Below are positions 1 to 9,229 of a stretch of DNA of 37,100 nucleotides, one piece after another. Positions within the stretch are counted from its first letter, which is position 1. Each line of letters starts with the position of its first letter. Location of the stretch: positions 1-37,100 of the forward strand of contig JAFGJV010000055.1 of assembly GCA_016928955.1 (NCBI GenBank), written 5' to 3'. Under the pieces are notes generated by a model. It saw only the letters and a list, made by a program, of their open reading frames with translations. It did no database searches and was not told the DNA's origin. Made by a program: the position numbers and the translations under genes. The stretch is from Spirochaetales bacterium (lineage in GTDB: Bacteria; Spirochaetota; Spirochaetia; Treponematales; UBA12059).

Positions 1-175
1 GCGAAGGCGGCGGAAAGCGCGCAGGACGCGCGCGACAGGCCCGAACCGCGGCCCGGAGCGAGCAGACAGGACGTATGCGAGTGGAGGCGGCCGAGCTTGC
101 AGGGAGGCCGGTCATCGGGTAGACTCGAACATGAAGGCTCCCTGCCTGGGCCTATCACGATCGAGGACGAAACGT

Positions 176-1843
176 ATGCCCGATGACATAGATCCCGAAA
201 TTGCGGCGCTGTTAGGCGGCGTTGAGGAATACTCGCCCAAGAAAAGCGGCAAGGCGGCGCCCAAGGGCGCCTCTGGGCCGAGCTTTGAGAAGCTGTTCGG
301 CGACATGAGCGTGAGCGGTGAGGTGGCCGACAAGGGCGAGTTCAGCGTCGATTTCAGCAAAAAAGCCTATGAGCCCATCTCGGTATGGGAGCAGGAGCCG
401 CCTAATTCCTGGTTCGAGGACCCCCAGTTCTACCAGAAGGCCATGGCCGGCGAGGGCGAGCTGTCCCAGCGTTTCCACGACGTCCTCAAAAAATTCCTGC
501 AGGCCACGGATCCGAAAGACAGGGGCATGTTCCGCCAACAGGTGATAACCACCTACTGGAACATGATGTCCAGGCTGATCATACGGGCAATTGCCAACCA
601 ACCCATCATGCCCAAGCTGATCCTGTCGCGCTACGGCTACGCCCTGCCGACCATGCTCCTGCCGGATCAGCGCGCCGCTTTTGCCCGCGTGGTCCACCGC
701 AAGATACCCAAGGAAACCGTGTACTACATGGACGAATGGCTCCGGGCCGTGGCCACGGGCCAGATCAGCCAGAGCAGCACGGACGAAGTGCGCACGTCCG
801 CCAAGGACGAGCACAGCCGCTTCAACGCCCTTCTGCAGAAGGCCATGGGCAAGCGGGAAACCGCCGAGGCCTTCCTGAAGTCCAAGGCCGACGAGCGTCG
901 TTCCATGGAGAGCATGCTCAAGGACCGCATCGACCTGATATGCGAGCATTCGGGCATGCCCGGTTTCCTCCACATATCCGCGCCGTACTCGGACGCCCAG
1001 AAGAAAACCATCAACGAGCTGTCCGAGATCATGCGCAAGCTCCTAGGCGCGGACCGGGAGCTGGTGGGCGCGGCCACGGCCTTTGAGGAGGCCAGCAGGG
1101 ACGTTCAGAGCATACGCGAGAAGATGACGGGCCTGGGCGCTGAGGACACCAAGGCAAACCTGCAGACCCTCAACCAGGAGTTCGACACGGTTCGCCAGAT
1201 GCTCAAGATGTGCGTGGGCAGGCAGGGCAATCATTTCCCGCTGGTGACCAAGGAGTATTTCCACCTGGGCATCAAGGACATGGGCACCAGGGAAAACGTC
1301 ATAGACGTGCTGGCGTGGATAGAGTCCATAGACGCCCAGGCATACTGCAGGCCGTACAAGAGCTCGCTCAACCGCATCGAGCCGTACGTGGTGCTCCTGC
1401 CCTGCTATGGCGACCAGGGCGTGTGCTGGGAGCCCTTCGACAAGTTCAACAGGCATTCCAGCCGTTCGCGCCTGGCGGTTCCCATGTATCCCAAAAACCT
1501 GCGCATAGCCGTGGCCATAGCGGTGGCCGACATGCGCTGGCAGGCGGCCAAGGAAAAGGCGTCGTACTACTGGATGGAGGAAGGCCTGACCGGCCAGTAC
1601 TACCAGTGGTTCCAGAAGCAGAAGCTCAAGGGCGACGTGAAGGAATACTTCATCCAGGACTATATCATCTGGGTGACCAAGGAAAGCGAAGGTATCCAGA
1701 AGCTGGACAAGGAAGTGCGCGGCATATTCTGGCGGCTCATGCCCTTCCAGCAGTCCATCAAGGACAAATTGCGCGACCGCAGCTTTGTCTACCAGGAGTT
1801 GTACCAGCGCGACATCAACCGCACCATGTCCGACGGCTACTGA
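176..1843 (+). CDS. Conserved hypothetical protein with coiled-coil middle; C-terminus resembles the C-terminal region of large spirochaete/clostridial cNMP-binding-domain proteins
   Basis: Long ORF with strongly GC3-biased codons. ATG at 176 follows GAGGA at 163-167 and is preferred over the track start at 131. C-terminal PYVVLLPCYGDQGVCWEPF...RLAVPMY...DMRWQ...LTGQYYQW motif recalled from that family. No cNMP domain is visible in this protein. Confidence 0.75.
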   Translation: MPDDIDPEIAALLGGVEEYSPKKSGKAAPKGASGPSFEKLFGDMSVSGEVADKGEFSVDFSKKAYEPISVWEQEPPNSWFEDPQFYQKAMAGEGELSQRFHDVLKKFLQATDPKDRGMFRQQVITTYWNMMSRLIIRAIANQPIMPKLILSRYGYALPTMLLPDQRAAFARVVHRKIPKETVYYMDEWLRAVATGQISQSSTDEVRTSAKDEHSRFNALLQKAMGKRETAEAFLKSKADERRSMESMLKDRIDLICEHSGMPGFLHISAPYSDAQKKTINELSEIMRKLLGADRELVGAATAFEEASRDVQSIREKMTGLGAEDTKANLQTLNQEFDTVRQMLKMCVGRQGNHFPLVTKEYFHLGIKDMGTRENVIDVLAWIESIDAQAYCRPYKSSLNRIEPYVVLLPCYGDQGVCWEPFDKFNRHSSRSRLAVPMYPKNLRIAVAIAVADMRWQAAKEKASYYWMEEGLTGQYYQWFQKQKLKGDVKEYFIQDYIIWVTKESEGIQKLDKEVRGIFWRLMPFQQSIKDKLRDRSFVYQELYQRDINRTMSDGY

Positions 1844-1874
1844 TAGCGCGGGTTCCGGGCGGACATGCCGGGCA

Positions 1875-2762
1875 CTAGCCCGTTTGCCGCCTTTTTGCTC
1901 CCGACAAGCCGGCCAGGTACACGCCGGCAACGGCCACGGCTCCGCCGGCCAGCTGGATAGGCGATAGCCGCTCCCCGAGCAGGGCAAAGCTGGCAGCCAC
2001 CGATACCACGGGCACCAGGTTGATGAACACGCTGGACACACCGGCCCCAAGGACATCCAGTCCGGTAACGTAAAACAAGTAGCCGATGGCCGAACAGAAC
2101 ACGCCCAGGTACAGCACGTTGAGGATCACCGGCGCGTCCACCCGCGCCCAGGGCACGCTCTCGAACAGCACGAACGGCACAAAGCCCAGGCCCCCGAACA
2201 CGCTTTGCCAGAAGGTGATCTCCACGCGGTCGTAGCGCTTGAACAGAGGCCGTGTCATGAAGGCGTACGCCACCCAGGACAGGGCGGCCAATCCCATGAA
2301 CAGGTACCCCAGCGGCTCGTCGCTCACGCGCAGGGATTCGGACACCATAACGCCTATGCCGACGGCCGACATGCCCGCCCCCAGATACTGAGCAGCGCCC
2401 ATGCGGGCGCCTGAGAATAGGTGGTCGGCAAGCGTGGTGAGCACGGGTATGGTCCCTATGATGATGGACGACTCCGACGCCGACAGGAGGAGCACGCCGT
2501 TGTTCTCGCCCAGGAAATACAGGGTGACGCCGGTGAGGCCGGCGCCTGCCATCAGGGGAAGGTCCCTGAGCTTGAGGGCGGGCCGCCTGCGCCTGAGCGG
2601 GAAGGAAAGGCCCAGGATGGCCGACGCTATGACAAAGCGCGCCAGGCCCAGGCTCATGGGCGGTATGACGGCCACGGCCACCTTAATGCTGAGAAACGAC
2701 AGCCCCCAGATGACCGCCACGCCGGATGCCAGGGCTATGGCCAGTTTCCTGCCCACGTTCAT
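1875..2762 (-). CDS. DMT/EamA family transporter
   Basis: 295 aa, about 10 hydrophobic helices in two repeats; IWGLSF...K, LYLGVFCSAIGY and NLVPVVS...LLGE motifs. Confidence 0.93.
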   Translation of the reverse strand: MNVGRKLAIALASGVAVIWGLSFLSIKVAVAVIPPMSLGLARFVIASAILGLSFPLRRRRPALKLRDLPLMAGAGLTGVTLYFLGENNGVLLLSASESSIIIGTIPVLTTLADHLFSGARMGAAQYLGAGMSAVGIGVMVSESLRVSDEPLGYLFMGLAALSWVAYAFMTRPLFKRYDRVEITFWQSVFGGLGFVPFVLFESVPWARVDAPVILNVLYLGVFCSAIGYLFYVTGLDVLGAGVSSVFINLVPVVSVAASFALLGERLSPIQLAGGAVAVAGVYLAGLSGAKRRQTG

Positions 2763-3745
2763 TGCCGCTGGTACTCCATGCCGGAGCGGGGTACGGCCGG
2801 GTCGCCCTTCCAGGCGGTCATGGCGCCATCGAGTCCGCCAAGGCCCGCAAAGAGGTCGTCAAAGCTCCCGTAAGCGCCCATGAGGAAGCTGCCGCACAGG
2901 CCCAGCATACCGTCAACGCCGAGCCGGTCCAGGAGAAACGCGCTGAAATCCCCGGCCGCTTGGTAGAAATTCGACAGCTTGTGCGGTTCGGAGAAGGTGG
3001 CCATCCATATCAGGCGTTCCTGTTCCGCTATGGGGCTTGATTCGGAGGCGTACGCGTCGCGGACGTGGGCGGGGTACGCACGGGCCGCGGCGTCCATGCT
3101 TCCAAGGCGTCCCGACAGGGCCTGTATGTCGGTGACGAACAGGGCGACCGCCTCGTCGACAAACCGGAACGAGAACCAGGTATCCTCGTTGAAATTCGTG
3201 TCAACGTTCATGCTGGCGGCAAGCTGCGCGGGCATGTTCCTGGCTGCCAGGGCATGGACGTGGCCGTGCAGGGCCGCCCGCCGCCAGTCTCCGTTGGCCG
3301 TCAGGAACACGTACTGGCCGTCCTTGCTGGTTATGGTGTCTGCGACCAGCTCGTTGGCGTACAGCCTGAGGCTGAGGTTCCTGAAGACGGCAAAGTCCGA
3401 CGACGCCGCTCCCGGCAGCTTTTTGGCAAGGAAGGAATCCGACGAGTTGATGGCGCCGTAGTTCAGGTTGGTGACGAAGAACGCAGTTGGCAGGGGACGG
3501 GAGGGACTGCGTATGCCAAGCCGCGCGAGGGCGCCCACCGTGGCGTCCTGGAGACCGTCCTGGATTTCCGCCCGCGCGGCCGACTCGAGGTTCCTGTCCA
3601 TGAACACGTGCGCGCCGTCGATGAGCTTGTATTGGAAGCCGCTCTGCACCTCGTCGGACGAGAAGTGGGCTATGAACCACAGGAGGAGGATGCCCGATAC
3701 GACAACCGCCGCCTGGCCGATGGCTTTTTTTGTGGAGCTTTTCAT
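2759..3745 (-). CDS. Membrane-anchored peptidase MA-like (gluzincin-fold) protein, catalytic Glu apparently replaced
   Basis: Start re-set to MKSSTKK (ATG at 3745), followed by an N-terminal TM helix. LHGHVHALA ... FVDEAVALF ... FYQAAGDFSAFLLDRLG parallels the HExxH / W-x-x-EG-x-A / Y-x-x-S-x-x-F-x-x-YL pattern. Stop overlaps the EamA start (ATGA). Confidence 0.65.
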   Translation of the reverse strand: MKSSTKKAIGQAAVVVSGILLLWFIAHFSSDEVQSGFQYKLIDGAHVFMDRNLESAARAEIQDGLQDATVGALARLGIRSPSRPLPTAFFVTNLNYGAINSSDSFLAKKLPGAASSDFAVFRNLSLRLYANELVADTITSKDGQYVFLTANGDWRRAALHGHVHALAARNMPAQLAASMNVDTNFNEDTWFSFRFVDEAVALFVTDIQALSGRLGSMDAAARAYPAHVRDAYASESSPIAEQERLIWMATFSEPHKLSNFYQAAGDFSAFLLDRLGVDGMLGLCGSFLMGAYGSFDDLFAGLGGLDGAMTAWKGDPAVPRSGMEYQRQ

Positions 3746-3938
3746 GGAGGATATCCTTTCGGGCGTGCCGGCCCTGTCGGCCAGAGGATACAACGCGGCG
3801 GCCCGCCTGCGCAATGGAGCGGGTTTGACCAGCCAGCCCCGAATCCGCATAATGGGCTTCGTCGCGGATCCCGGTCCGCGGACGTGCCCAGGGCACGGGC
3901 GTCTTTGCCAAGGGCGCCGAAATAAGGAGGGTTTCTGT

Positions 3939-5276
3939 ATGGCTGATCTCAAGGAACGCTTTGCCGCGCTGGGTGTCGGCGTCCCGGACATGTACCTGCC
4001 GGCTCCGGGCGTGGACTACGCGCGCTGGGCCGTGGTGGCCTGCGACCAGTATTCCAGCGAGCGCGAGTACTGGGAAAAGGTGGCCGCCGATGTGGGCGAC
4101 GCTCCCAGCACGCTCAGGCTCATTTTTCCCGAGTGCTACCTGGAAGACAGCGACAAGGCGGAGCGTGTTGGCCGCATCCAGGCAGCTATGCATGACTATC
4201 TGGCCAAGGGTCTGGTCAAAGCCCTGGGTCCCGGTTTTGTCCTGGTGGAACGCTATACCCCCTTCGAGAAGCGGCCCCGGATAGGCCTGGTCATGGCCGT
4301 CGACCTGGAAGCGTACCAGTACGGCAAGGGTGTCACCTCCCGCATACGGCCAACCGAAGGGACCATCGTGGAGCGCCTGCCCCCGCGCATGGACATACGC
4401 CGGGGCGCTCCGCTGGAACTGCCGCACATCATGCTGCTGGTAGACGACGCCGCCAGAAGCGTCATAGAGCCCCTGTACGCCAGAGCGTCCGAGCTCCCGT
4501 CAGTATACGACTTTGATTTGATGCAGGGTTCCGGTCACATACGCGGCTGGCACGTGTCCGATCAAGGCTCACTGGCAGCCGTGGCGTCCGCCCTGGAAAA
4601 ACTGGCCGACCCCGCCGCGTACAAGGCCCGGTACGGCAACGACCAGGTGCTCCTGTTCGCCGTTGGCGACGGCAACCACTCACTGGCCACGGCCAAGGCC
4701 ATCTGGGAGGAAACCAAGAAGGCCGGCGCCTCCGATCCGCGCATCATGGAGCATCCGGCACGCTGGGCCCTGGTCGAGCTCGTCAACATATACGACGAGG
4801 GCCTCCCCTTCCATCCCATCCACCGGGTGCTTTTCAAGGCCGACGAGGCAGCCATCATGGCTGATATCCAGGCGGCTGGAGCCGAGTTCAGGCCCATGCC
4901 CTGGGCGGACGCCGTGCGCCTGACCGACGAGCCGGCCGGAAGCGAGCATCGCTTTGCCTTTGTGTCAGCGGGCAGGAGCGCTCTGGTCACGTTCAGGCGG
5001 CCAAGCGCCAAGCTGGCGGCAGGCACCATCCAGGAAATATTGGATGCCTTTCTCAAAAAAAGCCCGGGTACCGTTATAGACTACATACATGGCACGGAAA
5101 GCATGGAGACCCTGGCCAGGAAGCCGGGGAACCTGGGCCTGTACCTGCCTCCCATAGACAAGTCCAGCTTTTTTGGCACGGTCATCCGCGACGGCGTCAT
5201 GCCCCGCAAGACCTTCAGCATGGGCGAGGCCCCCGAGAAGCGCTTCTACATAGAAGCCCGGCGTATCACCCGCTAG
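3939..5276 (+). CDS. DUF1015 family protein
   Basis: AAGGAGG RBS then ATG at 3939. Motifs WAVVACDQY, IRPTEGT..ERLPPR..IRRGAPLELPHIMLL, AVGDGNHSLATAK and MPRKTFSMGEA.EKRFY.E. Confidence 0.9.
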   Translation: MADLKERFAALGVGVPDMYLPAPGVDYARWAVVACDQYSSEREYWEKVAADVGDAPSTLRLIFPECYLEDSDKAERVGRIQAAMHDYLAKGLVKALGPGFVLVERYTPFEKRPRIGLVMAVDLEAYQYGKGVTSRIRPTEGTIVERLPPRMDIRRGAPLELPHIMLLVDDAARSVIEPLYARASELPSVYDFDLMQGSGHIRGWHVSDQGSLAAVASALEKLADPAAYKARYGNDQVLLFAVGDGNHSLATAKAIWEETKKAGASDPRIMEHPARWALVELVNIYDEGLPFHPIHRVLFKADEAAIMADIQAAGAEFRPMPWADAVRLTDEPAGSEHRFAFVSAGRSALVTFRRPSAKLAAGTIQEILDAFLKKSPGTVIDYIHGTESMETLARKPGNLGLYLPPIDKSSFFGTVIRDGVMPRKTFSMGEAPEKRFYIEARRITR

Positions 5277-5286
5277 TATCCGCAGC

Positions 5287-5328
5287 AAAAAGAGCGGCGC
5301 GGCCCGATGGGCCGCGCCGCTCTTTTTT
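5287..5328. terminator. Bidirectional rho-independent terminator
   Basis: AAAAAGAGCGGCGCGGCCC-gat-GGGCCGCGCCGCTCTTTTTT, a perfect stem with A- and T-tails between convergent genes. Confidence 0.9.
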
Positions 5329-5345
5329 GTCGTCAAGATAATCCG

Positions 5346-5834
5346 CTACTTTTTCCGTTTAAGGTACTTGGGCGGGTGTATGCCCAGGGGGTTGGAGTAC
5401 CACCCGTCCCACACGGTCAGGTCTATGAGATCCTGGTTGGCGTAATAGTAGAGGGGAATGACATGCTGGTCTCGGGTGATCAGCATGTCCTCAGCCTGGC
5501 GCAGGGCGTCCATGCGCGCGGCGCCGCTCAGCTGTGCCGCCCCGCGCACCAGCCGGTCGTAGTCGGGATTGTCATAGAGGCCGTCGTTCAGGCCGGAGTC
5601 GGAAAGGAACATGTCCAGGAAGGTATTGGGGTCAATGTAGTCGCCAACCCAACCGGCGCGGACTATTGAAAAATCATGCGAGTCCTGGCGCACGCGCAAG
5701 AACGCGCTCCATTCAATGTTTTTTGTGCCTATGGTGATACCCAGGTTTCTTTTCCAGGAAGCCACGGCCCACTCGGCGATCTTCTTGTGGCCTGCATTGG
5801 TGTTGTATAGGAGGGTGACTTCGGGGAAGCCCCG
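5346..5834 (-). pseudogene. 5'-truncated paralog of oppA (C-terminal ~160 codons of a peptide ABC substrate-binding protein)
   Basis: Reads RGFPEVTLLYNTNAGHKKIAEWAVASWK...RAGWVGDYIDPNTFLDMFL...NPLGIHPPKYLKRKK, colinear with the C-terminus of 10458..12032. Upstream in frame there is non-homologous sequence and a TAG near 5892, with no ATG or signal peptide. Confidence 0.8.
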
Positions 5835-5948
5835 GCAGACAGGGCTGGTTAGCAGCCGGACAACAATATATCTTGCCAGTCTGGACAGTTTCTAGGGCCG
5901 TGGATGATGTTGATCCGCTTGTTGGTTTGAGCGCGTGACCCCGGGCGC

Positions 5949-5979
5949 AAAAAAACCCGCTCCCTGGAATGGGAGCGGG
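5949..5979 (-). terminator. Rho-independent terminator of opp operon
   Basis: Minus strand: CCCGCTCCC-attcca-GGGAGCGGG-TTTTTTT downstream of oppF. Confidence 0.85.
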
Positions 5980-5996
5980 CTACTAAACAGGGCTTT

Positions 5997-6105
5997 GGGG
6001 AACCTCTAAAAACCCCATGGTTTTTAAGGTTCCCTTGCGTTTTCGGCCGAAAACACAAGGTTTTTCAAGGAAGACCTCTAAAAACTGAAGTTTTTAGAGG
6101 TCCCC
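5997..6105. repeat. MITE/REP-like palindromic element (GGGAACCTCTAAAAAC...GTTTTTAGAGGTCCCC)
   Basis: AT-rich relative to flanks; terminal inverted repeats plus three internal palindromes (5998-6034, 6033-6060, 6073-6102). Confidence 0.7.
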
Positions 6106-6114
6106 TTAGGTATG

Positions 6115-7122
6115 TCAGGCGGGATCGTGGTACAGGAAGCAGGCAACCTGGTGTCCCGGGCCCGCGTCCTTGAGCAGGGGCACGTGATCCTTGCACTTGT
6201 CCATGTGTTTCTGGCAGCGGTCATAGAAGGGACAGCCGGTCCTCACCTTGTCGGGAGACGGCACGTCCCCGGTCAGGATGATGCGTTGGCGCTTGCGCTC
6301 CACCTCCGGGTCGGGGATGGGCGCCGCGGACAGAAGAGCCTGGGTGTAGGGGTGCAGGGGCTTTTTGTACAGCTCCGCAGACTCGGACACCTCAACGATG
6401 ACGCCCAGGTACATGACCGCTATGCGGTTGGATATGTACTGGATGACCGCCAGGTCGTGGGCAATGAACATGTAGGTCAGGCCGAACTCGTCCTGCAGGT
6501 CCTTGAACAGGTTCAGGATCTGGGACTGTATGGACACGTCCAGTGCGGACACGGGCTCGTCGCAGAGCACCAGGTCGGGCTTGAGCGCCAGGGCGCGGGC
6601 AATGCCTATGCGCTGGCGCTGGCCGCCCGAGAATTCGTGGGGGTAGCGGTTCTTGAAGAAGCGCGACAGGCCCACGCGCTCAAGCAGCTGCTCCACGCGC
6701 TCGTCGATCTCAGCCTTGGACATGGAAAGGATCCCGGCCTTGGTGAAGATGCGCATGGGCTCGGCCACGATGTCGCGGGTGGTCATGCGCGGGTTCAGTG
6801 ACGCGTAGGGGTCCTGGAACACGATCTGCATGTCCTTGCGGGCGGACATCAGCTCGCCCTGGCTGAGCTGGACCAGGTCCCTGCCCTTGAGCATGACTTT
6901 GCCGGCTGTCGGTTTGTACAGCTGGGCCACCGCGCGGAGCGTGGTGGATTTGCCGCAACCGGACTCGCCCACCAGGCCAAGGGTCTCGCCCTTCTTGATA
7001 TGGAGGTCCACCCCGTCCACCGCGTATATGTAGCCCTTCTTGCGGTTTAAGAACGAGCCGGTGTGGAAGGGGAAGTGCATCTTGAGGCCTCGGACCTCGA
7101 GCAGGTTTTCGCTTTCGTTCAT
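6115..7122 (-). CDS. oppF: Oligopeptide ABC transporter ATP-binding protein
   Basis: GESGCGKST Walker A, FSGGQRQRIGIARAL signature, CDEPVSALDVSIQ, C-terminal HPYT and Cys motif. Confidence 0.96.
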   Translation of the reverse strand: MNESENLLEVRGLKMHFPFHTGSFLNRKKGYIYAVDGVDLHIKKGETLGLVGESGCGKSTTLRAVAQLYKPTAGKVMLKGRDLVQLSQGELMSARKDMQIVFQDPYASLNPRMTTRDIVAEPMRIFTKAGILSMSKAEIDERVEQLLERVGLSRFFKNRYPHEFSGGQRQRIGIARALALKPDLVLCDEPVSALDVSIQSQILNLFKDLQDEFGLTYMFIAHDLAVIQYISNRIAVMYLGVIVEVSESAELYKKPLHPYTQALLSAAPIPDPEVERKRQRIILTGDVPSPDKVRTGCPFYDRCQKHMDKCKDHVPLLKDAGPGHQVACFLYHDPA

Positions 7123-8106
7123 TTACTTCCCCTCTCCGTACAGCCAGCAGGATACCGTCCGGCCATTCCCCAGGTCGGCAACCGGCGGATACTTGGACTT
7201 GCATATGTCCATGGCGCGGTCGCAGCGTGGGAAGAAGGGACAGCACTCTGGCAGATTGATCACGTTGGGCGGCTGGCCGGGTATGGAGTACAGCCGCTGT
7301 TTGTTTTCCTTGTCCAGACGGGGCACGCTCTTTATGAGGCCTACGGTGTAGGGGTGTTTGGGATCGGCAAAGATCTCGTCGGCCGAGCCCTTCTCAACCA
7401 CGCGGCCGGCGTACATCACGCATATGTTGTCGCACATGCCGGCCACCACACCCAGGGAGTGGGTAATGAGGATCACCGCCGTGCCCAGGCGCTGTGACAG
7501 CTCGTTGATGAGCTCCAGGATCTGCGCCTGGATGGTCACGTCCAGCGCCGTGGTCGGCTCGTCGGCTATGAGGATCTCCGGATTGCACGACAGGGCCATG
7601 GCTATCATCACGCGCTGGCGCATGCCGCCTGAGAACTGGTGCGGGTACTGGTCGATGCGGTTTTCCGGCGCGGGTATGCCGGCCAGCTTGAGCATCTCGA
7701 TGGCTTTTTCCTTGGCCGCTTTCTTGTCCAGGCCCTGATGGAGGACGATGGTCTCAACCATCTGGGTGCTGATGCGGAGGAAGGGGTTGAGCGATGTCAT
7801 GGGATCCTGGAAGATCATGGAAATCTTGTTCCCGCGGATCTGCCGGATCTCGTTGTCGTTCATGGGGATGAGGTCCTTGCCGTCAAAGATCACCTGGCCG
7901 CCGGCTATGCGTCCGGGCGGCGTGGGTATCAGCTTCATGATGGCCAGGTTGGTAACACTCTTGCCGGATCCGGACTCGCCCACGATGCCCAGGGTCTCGC
8001 CCTTGCGGAGGTCAAAGCTCACGCCGTCCACGGCCTTGAGGAGTCCCTCGTCCAGCTTGAAGTATGCCTTCAGGTCCTTGACCTGGAGTATGACGTCATC
8101 GGTCAT
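7123..8106 (-). CDS. oppD: Oligopeptide ABC transporter ATP-binding protein
   Basis: [50 protein letters not shown]. Confidence 0.96.
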   Translation of the reverse strand: MTDDVILQVKDLKAYFKLDEGLLKAVDGVSFDLRKGETLGIVGESGSGKSVTNLAIMKLIPTPPGRIAGGQVIFDGKDLIPMNDNEIRQIRGNKISMIFQDPMTSLNPFLRISTQMVETIVLHQGLDKKAAKEKAIEMLKLAGIPAPENRIDQYPHQFSGGMRQRVMIAMALSCNPEILIADEPTTALDVTIQAQILELINELSQRLGTAVILITHSLGVVAGMCDNICVMYAGRVVEKGSADEIFADPKHPYTVGLIKSVPRLDKENKQRLYSIPGQPPNVINLPECCPFFPRCDRAMDICKSKYPPVADLGNGRTVSCWLYGEGK

Positions 8107-8126
8107 TCGGTGGTCTCCTTACGCGC

Positions 8127-9218
8127 CTAGGTTCGGTTCTTGCTCTGCGGATCCAGGGCGTCCCGCAGACCGTCGCCCATGAAGTTCATGGCGAAGAGGA
8201 AGATGGTCATGGCCGCGCCCGGCACGAGGAGGCGCCACGGATACAGCTGCATGCTCTGGACGCCGTCGCTTACCAGGGTGCCCCAGGAGGCCATGGGCGC
8301 CGAAACGCCAAGACCCAGGAAGGAGAGGAAGCTCTCGTTCATGATGAAGCTGGGAAAGGACAGCGTAGAGTACACGATGATGATAGTCAGCGTGTTCGGC
8401 AACAGGTGGCGGAAGATGATGCGCGGGCTAGACGCGCCCATGGAGCGGGCCGCTTCCACGAATTCCGAGTTCTTGATGCTGATGACCTGGCCGCGCACCA
8501 CGCGAGATATGGTAAGCCAGGATATCATGGCTATGGCGATGAACAGCACGAATACCTTGGTGGTGGGATTGGTGGTCTCTATCATGGCCATGATGATGAT
8601 GACGATGAGCATGTACGGCAGGCTGTACATGATATCCACAAAACGTCCGAGGAGATTGTCGAACCAGCCCCCGAAATAGCCGCCCATGGCCCCAAGCACG
8701 ATGCCGATGAGCCCGGCCGTCAGGGTGCCTATGAGCCCGATCAGGATGGATATCTGGCCTCCGTATATGGTGCGGGCCAGCATGTCTCTGCCCAGGCTGT
8801 CTGTGCCCAGGATATACACCCGCTTGTGGACGGGGTTGGAGTCAATTTCCGTCTTGAGCTGCTCGGCTTCCAGGAGGATGCGCGTAAGGTCGGTCTTGAG
8901 GTCCTCGCGGTTGGTCTGCGCGATGGCGGACTCAAGCTCGAGCTTGCGCATTTCCAGGCGCTCAAGGGTCACGATGCCCGCCGGCTTGAACGACGGCGGC
9001 AGGTTGGCGTGCATGAGCTCCTGGTCGGTGTAACTGAAGAAAGGAAGCAGGCCGGCAAAGAAGGTGATGAATATGTAGATTCCCACTATCCACATGCCCA
9101 TCAGGGCCATCTTGTTGCGCCTTAAACGCTTCCACGCGTCCGCCCACAACGAGACCGGTTTTACGTACTGGTTGAACTCGTTGACGGCGTTGTCCTTGGT
9201 CTTGGTCGATATCGGCAT
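8127..9218 (-). CDS. oppC: Oligopeptide ABC transporter permease
   Basis: WKRLRRNKMA N-terminus, LGTDSLGRD, EFVEAARSMGAS EAA loop, GDGLRDALDP. Confidence 0.95.
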   Translation of the reverse strand: MPISTKTKDNAVNEFNQYVKPVSLWADAWKRLRRNKMALMGMWIVGIYIFITFFAGLLPFFSYTDQELMHANLPPSFKPAGIVTLERLEMRKLELESAIAQTNREDLKTDLTRILLEAEQLKTEIDSNPVHKRVYILGTDSLGRDMLARTIYGGQISILIGLIGTLTAGLIGIVLGAMGGYFGGWFDNLLGRFVDIMYSLPYMLIVIIIMAMIETTNPTTKVFVLFIAIAMISWLTISRVVRGQVISIKNSEFVEAARSMGASSPRIIFRHLLPNTLTIIIVYSTLSFPSFIMNESFLSFLGLGVSAPMASWGTLVSDGVQSMQLYPWRLLVPGAAMTIFLFAMNFMGDGLRDALDPQSKNRT

Positions 9219-9229
9219 GTGCGGGCCCC

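Noticed and set aside
3..122. 3' end of an upstream plus-strand gene (open frame ending TAG at 120-122)
   Set aside because: Only about 40 codons with no recognisable motif; it cannot be supported from this window.
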